64,000 nucleotides of DNA, taken from the human T2T-CHM13v2.0 reference genome, Homo sapiens. Where the stretch lies: the NCBI RefSeq assembly GCF_009914755.1, contig NC_060940.1, one strand, 5' to 3'. Under the pieces are notes generated by a model, which was given only the letters and a program-made list of their open reading frames with translations, was not told where the DNA came from and searched no databases. Every line of letters begins with the position of its first letter. Positions within the stretch are counted from its first letter, which is position 1. Positions 32,070 to 48,868 of this stretch are shown here, piece by piece. Made by a program: the position numbers and the translations under genes.

Positions 32070-33060
32070 TGGTGGCGATCCCGCCCCCTTAGTAGCGTCC
32101 TTAGCTCGGTACTTCTTGTGGGGAAGATCCTCTTGGCCCAGACCCTCTTCCTAGGCCCCGCGTGGTGGGGGAAGCGAAAGGGGCAGTGTGGGGAAGTGGC
32201 TGAGGGGTTGGGTCCCGGGTGGTCTGCAGAGAGGCAGGCGGCTGTGAGGAGCCGGGAACCACGCACTCACCCGCCGAGTCCGACGGGCCCGGCCGGGGTG
32301 GGCAAGGCACTGGGAACAGCCGCCAGCTCTAGAGGGCGTGAGGCGGGGCGCACGGGGAGGGGGTGCGGCGAACGCGCGCGTGCGCGGTTCATGTGTGGGC
32401 CCGCGGGGGCGCGCGCGCGGTTAGCGGGCAGCGAGGGTCGCCTGGGCGGCGCGCACCACGGCAGGAAAATGGCGCGCGGAACCGGCGCGCGCGCCTAGCT
32501 GGCGGGACCGTTAGATCGAGGCGGACGCGGCCCGGACCCCGTGGATATGGAGCAGTCGCCGCCGCTGGCGCCGGAGCCCACCCAAGGGCCAACCACCGCA
32601 AGGAGCTGAAGGCGGCGGGAGCTCGAGTCGCCGCCGGCGTCGGTGCCAGTGAGTGCGTGAGGGGCTCGGGCCGGGAGACTTTCTTTGTGAAACTCCGGCG
32701 GTGGGAGCCAGGCCGGGCCTCAGCGGCTGAGGAGCGCCTGTGAGGCGGAAGGCGTCTCGCAGTCCGGGTTCGATCCCAGCTGCGTGCCGTCAGGCGGCGG
32801 GACCTGGTCCAACGCCTGCCTGCCTCAGTTTCCGCGAGAGTGTGTGTGGGTGTGTGAGGGTGTGTAAGGGTGTTGGCCTGCGCACACCGGAGAGGGGGTG
32901 TCGGTATACAGTCGGCGCCTAATGCTCGCGGCGCCTCCCCCACTCTCCCCAGTCCCCGTGGGGCGGAACCTGGGGACTGGAGTCCACTGGAGCAGTAGGC
33001 GGCACCCACGGGGAGACAGGTGTCGGCGCAGCCCGGGAGGCTCAGGTGCTACCTTTCCTG
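32070..33060 (+). promoter_or_regulatory. CpG island: duplicated TTC28-type promoter
   Basis: Dense CpG. GC-box-like GGCGGGGC at about 32342, NRF1-like GCGCGTGCGC at 32376-32385, YY1-like AAAATGGCG at 32466-32474, all upstream of the exon 1 ATG. Confidence 0.8.
32547..32648 (+). pseudogene. TTC28: Unprocessed TTC28 exon 1 coding part with a nonsense codon
   Basis: Translates MEQSPPLAPEPTQGPTTARS*RRRELESPPASVP followed by donor GTGAGT at 32649. The TTC28 N-terminus as I recall it is MEQSPPPAPEPTQGPTPARSRRRREPESPPASAP. TGA at 32607-32609. No further TTC28 exon seen. Confidence 0.9.
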
Positions 33061-33734
33061 GGTGGGGTTTGTGAGGAGGGAGCTCTTCATCCCCGGAGGT
33101 GAGCAAGTCTGTCGGTGGCTCATCACAGAGTGCTGTTTTGGAAAGCGTTCCACCCACCTCAGCTTCGTGCTGTGTTTGGGCCACTAGTCAGGGGGAAGGA
33201 TGCTGAGCGACATGGACTTTAGAGGTGGGGCTCCTGCTGGACCGGATGGGTCTGGGCTCTCGAGCTTACCCCCACCCTTTCCTCCCAAACCTGTTAGAGC
33301 GTAGGAATCATTGGGAGCACCTGATAAAAATGCCACGGATTGTGGCTCACCTAAGCAGGGAAGCCAATTTGGGACTTAAGCTCCCAAGTTGTGATCAGTC
33401 GAGCTTGGCAAGCACTGTTTGAGAGAGTAGGCTTCCCGCAAGCAGGAGCCGGTTTTGTGTATACCTCACTATGGCATCTTGGTACCTGGCATGGTGCCTG
33501 GCACACGGTAGATGATCAGAAAATATCTGTAGAAAGTCTAAATTATTAGGGAGAGTGCAGCATAGGAGTTCTTGAGACATTTTCAGGAGCTTCCTGAGAT
33601 TAATATCTGTCAGATTTGTTTTACAGTATATGATTTTTCTCAGCTCCCAACTTTTGTGATTGTTTTAATGCCATGTTTTCAGTATGTTCTAGGCAAAAGC
33701 AGGGTATATGTTGCTTAGTATACACTATCCACTA

Positions 33735-35565
<1,831 letters not shown>

Positions 35566-35749
35566 CTTTTTTTTATTTCTAATAAAAAAGTTAATAGAGT
35601 TTCTTGTTTCACTGGACAAAATATGCATATATAGGAAGGAAAGACTTTTGGACTTGAGATTGCGCTGAAGAAGAAAAATGGAAAAATTAGGCATTTTAGT
35701 CTCTCAGTGTGTTATTTTTGTAGGTTATACAGATGTCTTTTTAAAGTTT

Positions 35750-36330
35750 CTTTAGAAAGCTTTATTGAGATAAAGATAAATGAGATAAATTCACCTACCA
35801 TGAAATCAACCCCTGGAGTGCAGAATTTTATGGTTTATAATATGTTCACAGAATCACACAAACAAGACAGGTGTCTAGATACTTTCAGACCATTTTCATC
35901 AGTCCACAAGAAATCCCATACCCATTAGCAGTCATCCTTATTCCCTTTTCCCCTCGTCCCTGACAATAACTAGCCTACTTTCTGTCTCAGAGTTTAGCTC
36001 TTCTGGAGATTTCACAAAATGAAATCTTACTACATATGGTCTTTTGTGATTGACTTATTTCACTTGGCACAGTGTTTTCAAGGTTTATCCATGCCGTAGC
36101 GTATATCAGCACTTCACTCTTTTCTAATGCTGAGTAATCTTTTGAATGGATATACCATATTTTATCAGTTCCTCTATTGATAGGCACTTGAGTTTTTTTT
36201 CCAATTTTTGACTATTATGAACAATGCTGCTATGAACATTTGTGTACAAATTTTAGTGTGGATGTATATTTTCATTTCCCTTGGGTATATCCCTAAGGAA
36301 TAGACTATCTGGGTCATATGATAATTGTTT
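35750..36330 (-). mobile_element. Old L1M 3' region fragment
   Basis: GGATATACCATATTTTATC...TATGAACAATGCTGCTATGAACATTTGTGTACAA is antisense L1M 3' sequence. Confidence 0.75.
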
Positions 36331-36611
36331 AAGAATACAGGCACATGCAACCACACCTGGCCAATATTTAAATTTTTTTGTAGATAAAGGGTCTCGCTAT
36401 GTTGCCCAGGCTGATATTGAACTCCTGGCCTCAAGAGATCCTCTCACCTCAGCCTCCCAGAAAATGTTAGCATTACAGATGTGAGTCACTGCACCTATAA
36501 AAGAGGCTCATACCTCTTTTTACATATTTTTTTTAAGACAGGGTTTCACTCTGTTGCCCAGGCTGGAGTGCAGTGGTGGGATCACAGCTCACTGCAGCCT
36601 GGACCTCCCTC

Positions 36612-37800
36612 CATATGATTCTAGCTGTGGGTGTCTTTCCTGTAGTTTTTATTATGTTGTGGTATGTTTCTTCTGTACCCGTTTCTTTGAGGATTAATAG
36701 CATGAAGGGATGTTGAATTTCATCAAATGCTTTTTCAGTTTCAGTTGACATGATCATACTGTTTTTGTCATTTATTTAGTTGATATGATGTATCACATTG
36801 TATGTTGAGTGACCCTTGCATCCCAGGGATACATTCCACTTGATCATGATGAATTATCTTTTTAATGTATTACTGAATTTGATTCACTGGTATTTCGTTG
36901 AGGATTTTTGCATCAATATTAGAGATACTGGCCTGTAGTTTCCTTCTTTGATGCCTTTGTCTGATTTTGGTATCACAGTAATAATGGTCTCATAGAATAA
37001 GTTTGGAAGTATTCCCTCCTGTTTTTCAAAATAGTTTGAGTAGGATTCGTACTAGGTCTTTAAATTGTTTGGTGTGAAGCCATCAGCAGTGAAGACATCA
37101 GTTCCTGGGCTTTTCTTTACTGGGAGACTTTTTCTGATGGCTTCAATCTCATTACTTGTTACCAATCTGTTCTGGTCTTGGATATTTTCATTATTCAACC
37201 TAAATAGGTTTTATGCATCTAGGAATTTGCCAATTTCTACTAGGCTTTCCAATTTATTGGCATGTAATAGACAGTTATGATCCTTTGAATTTCTGAAGTT
37301 ATTAGTTGTAGTGTCTCCTTTTTTTTAATCTGTTGATTTTATTTGAATCTTGTCTCTTTTTTCTTAGTTAGCCTGGTTAAAAGTTTGTCAATTTTGTTTA
37401 GCTTTCCAGAAAACCAACTTTTCATTTAATCTTGTGTTTCTTATTTCAATTTTATTTCTGCTACGATCTTAATTATTTTCTTAATTTTGGTTTAGTTTGT
37501 TCTTACTTTACTAGTTATTTAAGATGTATTGTTTATTTGAAGTTTTTCTTTTGTTTGGATGGTAGGCACTTATAGCTGTAAATCTCTGCCTTTGTACTGT
37601 TTTCTGCGTAACAAGTTTTGGTATACTGTGTTTTCATTACCCTTTGTTTCATGAAATTTTTGAATTTCTGTCTTAGTATCTTCAATGACCCGCTAGTCAT
37701 TTATTCAGGTGGGTAGTGTTTAACTTCCATGTGATTGTATTGTTTCCAAAATTACTGTTCTTACTGATACCTAGTTTTATTCCTTTGTAGTCAAAGAAGA
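36612..37800 (-). mobile_element. L1 ORF2 internal fragment, ending at a duplicon junction
   Basis: GGATGTTGAATTTCATCAAATGCTTTTTC and GTTGAGGATTTTTGCATC are ORF2 motifs. The minus-strand ORF contains TEKAFDEIQHPFM. The fragment changes abruptly to GC-rich sequence at about 37800. Confidence 0.85.
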
Positions 37801-38089
37801 TGGCCAGGGAGACAGCAGCATGGTCAGAGTGGTAGGAGCTGGCCATCAGTGAGAGCTGCTCCGTGCCTGGCTGCTGGGTGCTAGAGCCTGTGGCCCGCTG
37901 GCTTGCCTCACTGTGGTTGGTGGTGGCGGTGACAGAGTGTGCAGCACGACCAGAGTGGTAGGACAGGGGCTATCCAGGGCTGCACCTTTCACAGTGTGGG
38001 GTGGGTTGGGGGTGCTATCCAGGGTGTCATTGCCTGCATTAGGGGTACTGGTTGGTAGCACTGTACAGGGCTGCACTTCCCACGGCAGG

Positions 38090-41000
38090 GAGGGTGGGTT
38101 ATGGGCACTTTCTGGGGCTGCAGTGCCCATGGAGGAGGACACGTTAGGGCACTATTGGGTATACGCTACTGGTGGCATCGGTGGACGGAGGTGGGGGGCA
38201 CTATTGAGGGCAGGACTAGCTGTGGAGGGGGGGCGAGTTCGGTGCTCTCAGGGGCTACACTGCTGGCGGTGGTCAGGAGAGTTGGCATCCAAGGAAGGAG
38301 TGGTTCTCCTCTCCCTGACTCCACATTCCAGAGGGCGACCCACTCTTGGTCATACTGGAGTGCAGCAGGCATGCAGCGTTTGCATGGGAATCCTGAGCAG
38401 GGCAGAGCCCCCACACCCATCATGGTTCCTGGGCCTGTGCACTCTGGGTCTGTGCCTCAGAGGCTGCCAGGCACCCCTGGAGCACCACGGGGGACAGGGC
38501 CCTGTGCATGGAGGTGTCTGGAACAGGAATTGGCACCTAGATGCGGAGGGTTGGCTGGGTCTGAATTTTTCTGCTTCTCCTGCTCCCCGAGGAGTGCAGC
38601 CCCAGTGGGCCCAATGATTCCTGTGGAGTTGGGAGCTGGGTGCTGAGGTATCTCCAGCACCCACCCCAGACCCCAGTTCCGGGCCAGCTTGGGCCAAAAG
38701 GAGAGGCTGGACTTTGGAGGGTGGGTGTGAGTGCCTTTGCTGAAACTGGCCCCTGCCACCCAGTGGCCAGCATGACAAGTTGAGGCTCTAACCCTTCCAC
38801 CCCTCACATCTTCCTCTAGGCTTTTCTGGCTTTGCCCACCCAGCTGCTCCATGCCAGGAGGAGGAGGAGACACCTAGATCCTGTGACACCATGGCTCGCC
38901 TCGCTGCTGGTGGGTGGCAGCAACGGAGACTGCAGTGCGATGGAGCGGTAGGAGAGTGGCCGCGCTAGGAGGGCAGGCGGCTGCAGCCAGGGTTGGGTGT
39001 CAGGCTTTCAGTGATGGACGGGCTGCAGCAGTGGCCAGGTGGTAGGAGCCTTGTAGGGAGGACTGGTGCATTGGCAATGGGCCTGGCTTTGTCCTGCCCC
39101 TGCCATGGATCTGGCCCTGTACTGCCCTGCCTTGCCCTGTACCTGCCCTACTGTTACCTGGACTGTCTCGGCCCTGTCCTGCTCTGGTCCCATCCTGACC
39201 CTGTCTTGGCCCTGTGATACCCTGTCCCTGCCCTGGTCTTGCCCTGACACTGGCCCTGCCCTGAACCTGCACTGGCCTGACCTTGGCTCTGGCCCTGGCT
39301 CTGGCCCTGCCCCTTGTCCTGACCCTTGTCCTGTCGTGGCACTGGCCCTGCCAATGGTCATGGTCCTGCTCCTGTTCTGGCCCTGACCTGGCCTTGGACA
39401 TGTCCTGGCCCTGCTTTGGCCCATTCCTGCCCTGGCCCCACCATGGGCCTGCCTGTTCTGCCCTCTCCTGGCACTGACCTTGCCCTGTCATGGCCCAGTG
39501 GTGCCATTGCCCTGCCTTACCCAATGGTTGTGCCTTGGCCCCGCTTGGTGCTGGCCGCTCCCTGGACCTGCCCTGACCCTGCCTTGGCTTTTGACCTGCC
39601 CTCACTATGGCCTGTCCCTGGCCCTAGCCCTGGTCCTGGCATATCCCTGGCCCTACCCTTATCCAGGCCCTGCCCCTGCTGCTGCCCTGGCCCTGGCCTG
39701 GAACCTGGTCCTGTCAAGGACCTGCCCTGACTCTGCCATGGCCCTGGCCCTGCTCTGCCTTGTTCCTGGCCCTGACCCAGACCCAGACCCTTTCCTGGCC
39801 CTGCACTGGCCTTTCCCTGGCCCTGAGCTGGCAGTGGTCTGCCCCTGGTCTTGCCATCACCCTGCCCTGCTGTGCTCTGGATGTGTCATCATGCTGCCCT
39901 GGCCCTACTCTGCCTTTGACCCTGCCCTGGCCTTACCTTAGCCCTCACCCTAGTCTTTGCTAGGCCCTGCTGCTATTTCCCTGCCCTACCCTGCCTTGGC
40001 TGTGCCCTGGCTCGATTCTGGCCCTGGACCCAGCCCTGCCCTGGATATGCTCTGACACTTCCTCAGCCTTGACACTAGCCTGGCTTTTTCTTGGCATCAG
40101 CCCTGCTCTCTCTGTGGACCGGCTCTTGTCCTGTCCTTCACTGGTCATACCATGCCCTGCCCTGCCCTGACTCTGGCCTGGCTCAGCCCTGGCCCAGCCT
40201 TGGCCTTGGCATTGCCCCTGGTCCTGCCATATTTCTTGCCCTCTCCCTACCCCGGCCTTGGCCCTGACCCTTACCTTGCTCTAGCCCTGCCCTTGCCCTA
40301 ACGCAGCCCCTTACCCTGTCATGGCCCTGCCCTGGACCTTTCCTGGCCCTGGCCCTTCCCTGCTTGAGACCTTGTCCTGGTTCTCCCCTGGCCCTGACCC
40401 TGAAATGCCTGACCCTACCCTGGCCTTGCACTGCTCTGGCCCTTGCTCTGACTCTGGTCCTGTCACTGGCCTAGCCCCAGCCCTGTTGCTGGTCTTACCA
40501 TGGCCCAGACCCTGCCTTGGCCCTGCCCTGACACTGTCCTGGACCCTGGCTGTGCCAATATCCTGCACTGTCCTTGCCCTTGTTTTGCTCCTGCCCCAAA
40601 CCTGGTCCTGCCCAGGCCATGGCCATGGCCCTGGCCCTGGCCCTGCCCTGGCTGTTCCCTGGCCCTGCCCAGGTCTTGGCACTGGCCTGGCCCTGCCCTG
40701 CCTTGGCCCTATGCTTTCCTGGCCCTGCCTTGCTGGCCCTGCCCCTGCCTTGGCCCTAGCCTGGCTTTGACCCTGCCCTGGCCCTACCTTGACCTTCACC
40801 CTAGCCTTACCTGGGCACTGTGTTGGACCTGGCCATAGCACAGACCTGCTTGTGGCCCTGGCCCTGCCATGGCCCTGTCCCAGATGCTAGCCCTGCCAGG
40901 TGCCTGTCCTGGCCCTGCTGTGGGCCTGGATTTGTCCCTGGTTCTTAGATGAACCTGGCCCTGCCCTGCCCTTGCCCTTTCCCTGGCACTGGCCTTGGAA

Positions 41001-42064
41001 ATGTCCGTGGTCCTAACCCTGGCCCTGCCCTGGAGCTGCCACTGTCTTGGCCCTGCCCTGGCTCTGGCCCTGCCCTGGACCTGGCCCTGCCACAGCCCCA
41101 GCCATAGACCTGCACTGGTTGGTCGTGCCCTACCTTAACCCTGTGCTACCCTGGGCCTGCTCCACCCTGCCCTGGCCCTGCCCTCCCTTTGGCCCTGCCC
41201 TGACCTTGCCTTGGCTTTCACACTAGCCCTAGCACAGACCTGGTCCTATCTGTGGCCTTGGCCTGGCATTGACCCCTGCTCCTGACCCTGGTCCTGCCAT
41301 GGCCCTTGCCCTGCCAATGACCCTGACAGCCCTGGCCCTGGCCCTGTCTTGGCCCTGGCCCTGAACTGGTGCTGCCCTGACCCTGGCCCTGAAGTGGATT
41401 TGCAGGTGTCTTGTCCCTGATTTAACCTGGCCCAACCACAGCCTTGTCCCTCTCCTGGCTCTGTCCTGGTCTTGTGCTGACCCTGACCCAGAACTTGGCC
41501 ATGCCCCAGCCTTGTCCTAGACCTGGCCATGGCCCTGCCTCTGCCCTAGACCGGCACTGGCACTGGCATGGACCCTGGCCCTGGCCCTTCAATACTTAAG
41601 GCCATACCCTGACCCAGCCCTGGTCCTGACCCTGTCCTGGCCCTAATTTGGCCTGGCTCTACCCTGGCATGCTATTCTGGCCCTAGCCCTGACCCTCTCC
41701 CTGTCCCTGTCCTGGCCCTAGCCCTGTTGCTGGTCCTGCCATGGCCCTTGTCCTGACATTGCCCTTTCCAGGTCCTGGCCCTGGCCCTGTCCCAGCCCTG
41801 CTCTGGCCCTGGTCTGAACCCTGGCCCTGCAATGGACCTGCCTTGGTCCTGCCCAGACCCTGGCTCTGGCCTTACCTCTGCCCTGGCCATACCCTTGCCC
41901 TGGCCTGGACCACGGTCCTCGTCCTTGTCCTGCCCCAGCCGTGGCCCTGACCCTGCCCCGCCTGTGCCCTGCCATGGCTGGCCCTGCCATTGCCCTGCCC
42001 TAGCCTGCCCTGCTTGTGCCCTAGATCTGCCCCGGCCTTTGCCCCATCTTGGTTCTAGCCTTGA
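38090..42064 (+). repeat. Segmental duplication copy B (leader from about 37800; CAGGG-type array about 39080-42064)
   Basis: Colinear with 1-4094. Lacks about 190 bp (copy A 1863-2053) and has extra sequence near 41110-41170. Confidence 0.95.
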
Positions 42065-42314
42065 AAACAAAAGAAAGGAAAAGAAGCATTTTGTATTCTC
42101 TTTTAGAAAGGGTAGATGACTGGAAAAGTATTAATAATGAAAATAACTAAAAATTGGACTTATAAATTATAAACTATGTAATTATAACTATTAGTATTTG
42201 AAAATATATGCAGATCTACAATTCTTCATGTGGAATTACAAAATTCAACAGTTATGAATACCTAAACCTAAGTTTTGGAAAATCTGATCTATGCTGATGT
42301 AGGGGTATTTATAG

Positions 42315-44490
<2,176 letters not shown>

Positions 44491-45154
44491 CCATCTCCTT
44501 TCATTAAAAATATGTGAGCTGAAAATAATTTGAGGGCAGTTATCTTCATATAGTCATTTTATCAAACAGGGATTATATTAATGACTAGTATTAATATTTA
44601 TTTTATCTAAAATTATGTCTGATTTTTCTAAATTCTCTGACTTGCTAATAATGTTAAACATTAGGTTTAATACATATAATTAGGTCTGTGTGGATGCACT
44701 ATGTAAATAAAATTGTTTTTAACATTTTGTAAGGTCTGCTTTACAAGTCTTATTATCTTTGCTCCATTTTTGATACCAAAATTTTAACTGTGATAATTAG
44801 GCTGGAGATAGCAAATCAAGGGTATGTTTATATAATCACTCTCAAGGATCTCAAGGGTCATTTTCTGGTTACATTATGAAAATTGTAAAAGGAATCAAGT
44901 ATATATTCCAGATAATAGCTCTTGATAAATCATATACATCTATATAATAGCTATAGATATAGTTTAAGATTTAGATCTAGATATATTCAGCAACTTTGTA
45001 ATTTATCAAAAGGTTTTGGTTAAAATGTAAGACATTCCTCAATATAGAATTAGTTCTAAAAATTTGTTGCAATAAAGAATGTTAACAACTTACCTTCCTG
45101 TTTTCTCTGAATATGAAACAATTCAAGATAGACATAGAAATAAAGCATAATGAA

Positions 45155-45435
<281 letters not shown>

Positions 45436-46006
45436 AGAAGTAAAGCATAATGAAATAAACATGTGAGCTCTGTAGCTCATGGTGTTGTTGGCGTGGTGCT
45501 TAGCAACAGGGATTTTCCTACACTACACTCCAGTACAGGGCACAGAGCAGAAACTTTATTGCTAAATTTACCGCATAGCAGAGGCAGAACAGAATTCATT
45601 TTCACTGCAGGCTGGGACATCCTAAAGACAAAAAACATGGAATGGGTGATATGAGCTACCCTAGTTTATGTCTTTCTTCCAATATCTCCAGTCACCTCCA
45701 CTATTGATCTAGTGAAAACAGGCGCAGGAACAGTGCTCTAAACGACATTCGATGTCCTTCAATATCTTTGTCAGTCTGAATTCAAAGGAAATATTTTAAC
45801 TCAAGTAAAAAGAAGACTACAAAAGAAAGATAACCCATATGGGGATAGCAGAATTTTTTGTTTTTGTTGTTGTTTTAAAATCTCTTGTTTTTGGCCACAG
45901 GCACTCTGAGCTAGAAGAAAATATTTAGGAGAAGGATGAGAAATCCTTCTGTGTTGAATAAGGGAATTACTTCCAGATGGCAATGGTGTAAATCTACTAT
46001 GATAAC

Positions 46007-46007
<1 letters not shown>

Positions 46008-46057
<50 letters not shown>

Positions 46058-46110
46058 ACTATATATATATATATATAAAAAACTATATATAACTATATAT
46101 ATATATATAA
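46008..46110. repeat. Interrupted (TA)n microsatellite
   Basis: Visible directly in the sequence. Confidence 0.95.
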
Positions 46111-46338
46111 TGAAATATGTTTATAGAAAATGTCTGGAATCTTTTTATAGTCTAGAGTCCTTCTCAATGGCCTTAATTTGCAAAAATAGCCTCAAATTAT
46201 TTTATTTAATTAAAAACTGCAAGAGATTAACATTTTCTCCTCATAAGGTCCAGTCAAGTATTTTTCTTTTGAATGAAGAAAAAAATACATTGCCTGTAAA
46301 AAATTAATTCTTTGATTTAGTAGTTAGCAGTGAACAGT

Positions 46339-46747
46339 TGATATGGTTTGGATGTTTTATCCCCTCCAAATCTCATATTAAAATGTGACCTGTATTGTCG
46401 GATGTGAGGCCTAGTGGGAGGTATTAGGTCATGGGGGCAAATCCCTCATGAATGGATTGGTTCCCTCCCTTGGGTAATGAGTGGTAAAGAGTTTACAGGA
46501 GATCTAGTTGTTTAAGAGTGTGGCACCTTCCCTCTCTCTCTCTTGCTCCCTCTCTTGCCCTATGACATGCTGGCTCCCCTTCAAATTCTGCCATGATTGT
46601 AATCTTCCTGAGGCCCTCACCACAAGCAGATGCTGACACTATGCATTGTGTACAATCTGCAGAACCAAGGGCCAAATAAATCTATTTTCTTTATAAATGA
46701 CCCAGTCTTAGTTATTTGTTTTACAACAACACAAACACACTAACACA
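46339..46747 (+). mobile_element. MST-type (MaLR) solo LTR
   Basis: TGATATGGTTTGGATGTTT...CCCCTCCAAATCTCAT...GCCAAATAAATC...ACTAACACA. Confidence 0.85.
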
Positions 46748-48539
46748 CTGGTGAAAATCAACTTAAATACTTAAATACAGATAATATAAATTTAAAATGC
46801 AAACTAAGAGTTGTAAAATTTATATTTCCCCCTCAAAAATTAGCATTCTAAATTATCTCCTTACTATTTGTTTTGCTTTATACACTTCCAACTTCCTATG
46901 CTCAAGTTTTCAGAAGACATTGAAGAACATCACATCATTAGAGAGAAGAAAAGGAAAAATTGGCTACAAAAATTAACCATACAGTGTATTGAATTAATAG
47001 AGTTTTGCTGAACAATTTTTGTTAATGGAGTTTATATTTTTAGGTATAAATATTTTTCTACATGATATATTTAGACAAAGTTTTTTTTTAAATATAGGAT
47101 ATTTGCAGCAAACGGTCCAAAGGATCCCAATTATTAAACAAAACACAAATATAAATTGATTACAGTATATCAAATATGCCTTAATAATTAGGTAGCTATA
47201 AAAAGTAGAGTTACAAGATTGAGAGGTACTTTGTCTTCTGTGAAGGCTTTAAAAACATGAAGCTACATTTCCCACCATCAAAGATTTATGTGTAAGAGAT
47301 TTGTCTTCATTTTGTTTTAATTAGATGAAACGATTTGCCCAAGGGGCATCTAAACTCAGAATGAGTTTGACATCACAACACAGTTTATATTCTCTCAGGA
47401 AAAATGAAAGGAAACTAAAGGATTTTATTTTTCAGACATCAAATCACAAAACAAAACAGTCCAATTTTCTTTGGGTTCTCAGTTGTACATTTATGTCTTC
47501 AGGGTTTTAAAAAACCACACCGTTTTGCATGCTTAAAAATAAAAGATTCGGTTCAAGAGTTCATCTTTGTAACATGTTTGCAATTTTTCTTTAAATCTCT
47601 AGGTCTAAAACTTTGCTAAATAAAAAATATTTAGCGAGAAACAAGTTTACATGTGTTGCTTGCTGAAAGAAACTGCTAAAGGGAATGCATTAAGATATGG
47701 AACACAATTATGCAAAGTAAATACTCAATTGAACATGCCAGATGTTTCCTAAATTTAAATTGTTAAATGGCCATCGTGGAAGAATCATTTTAGTTTTAAA
47801 TTCTGTAATAAGCAAAATAACTTTCTTACATAAAAACATTTGTTCCTTTGTGTATGAACCAAATCAAATATCATATAAAAATTATACATAAGATATGAAT
47901 CATATATAATGTAGCTTATCCAAACATATTTTAGATGAAACTGTCAGTATTTTTTATATTATCAACATAGAACTGTTTTAAGATAAATAAATCATTTATT
48001 CATTTTTCATCTCAATATTTTTATAAGAGATGACATAAGTTAGATGATTCAGCTAATCTACACTGAAAGCAGTGGATAAGTCAATTACAATTTTTGCTCA
48101 AATATGGAAAAAGTCTGACTGATTATAATCAAAATCATTAACTGTCATTTACTTTTCCTGAAAGCTCTTTAATATAAAATCTAGACATAAAGAAACTAAT
48201 TTATCCTCTTAAGTGCTATAAACATTTTCTCTCATTTCATTTTTTTTTTTAGTTGTCAATTTTGATAGTGTTCAACTAGAAGTCACGAATAGGCAATCCA
48301 CTAACATAGGTTCACAGTTCTCATATATTTTTGAAACATTGAAATCAACCTGTCCCCAACTCCATTCCAGAGGCTAATGTCGAAATACCTGCTGAAAGCA
48401 ATGCCAAGCCAATATCTCTGAAATATAAAGTTGGCTATTATAATTCTCTTCATGATTATATTTTTATGTATATATGAGAGACAGAGCAAACATTACACAT
48501 GAAAAATAATACATTTTACTTAAAAACATGTTAAGGTCT

Positions 48540-48868
<329 letters not shown>

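Noticed and set aside
36612-37800. The active L1HS known in TTC28 intron 1
   Set aside because: This is a short, heavily mutated internal fragment, not a full-length young L1.
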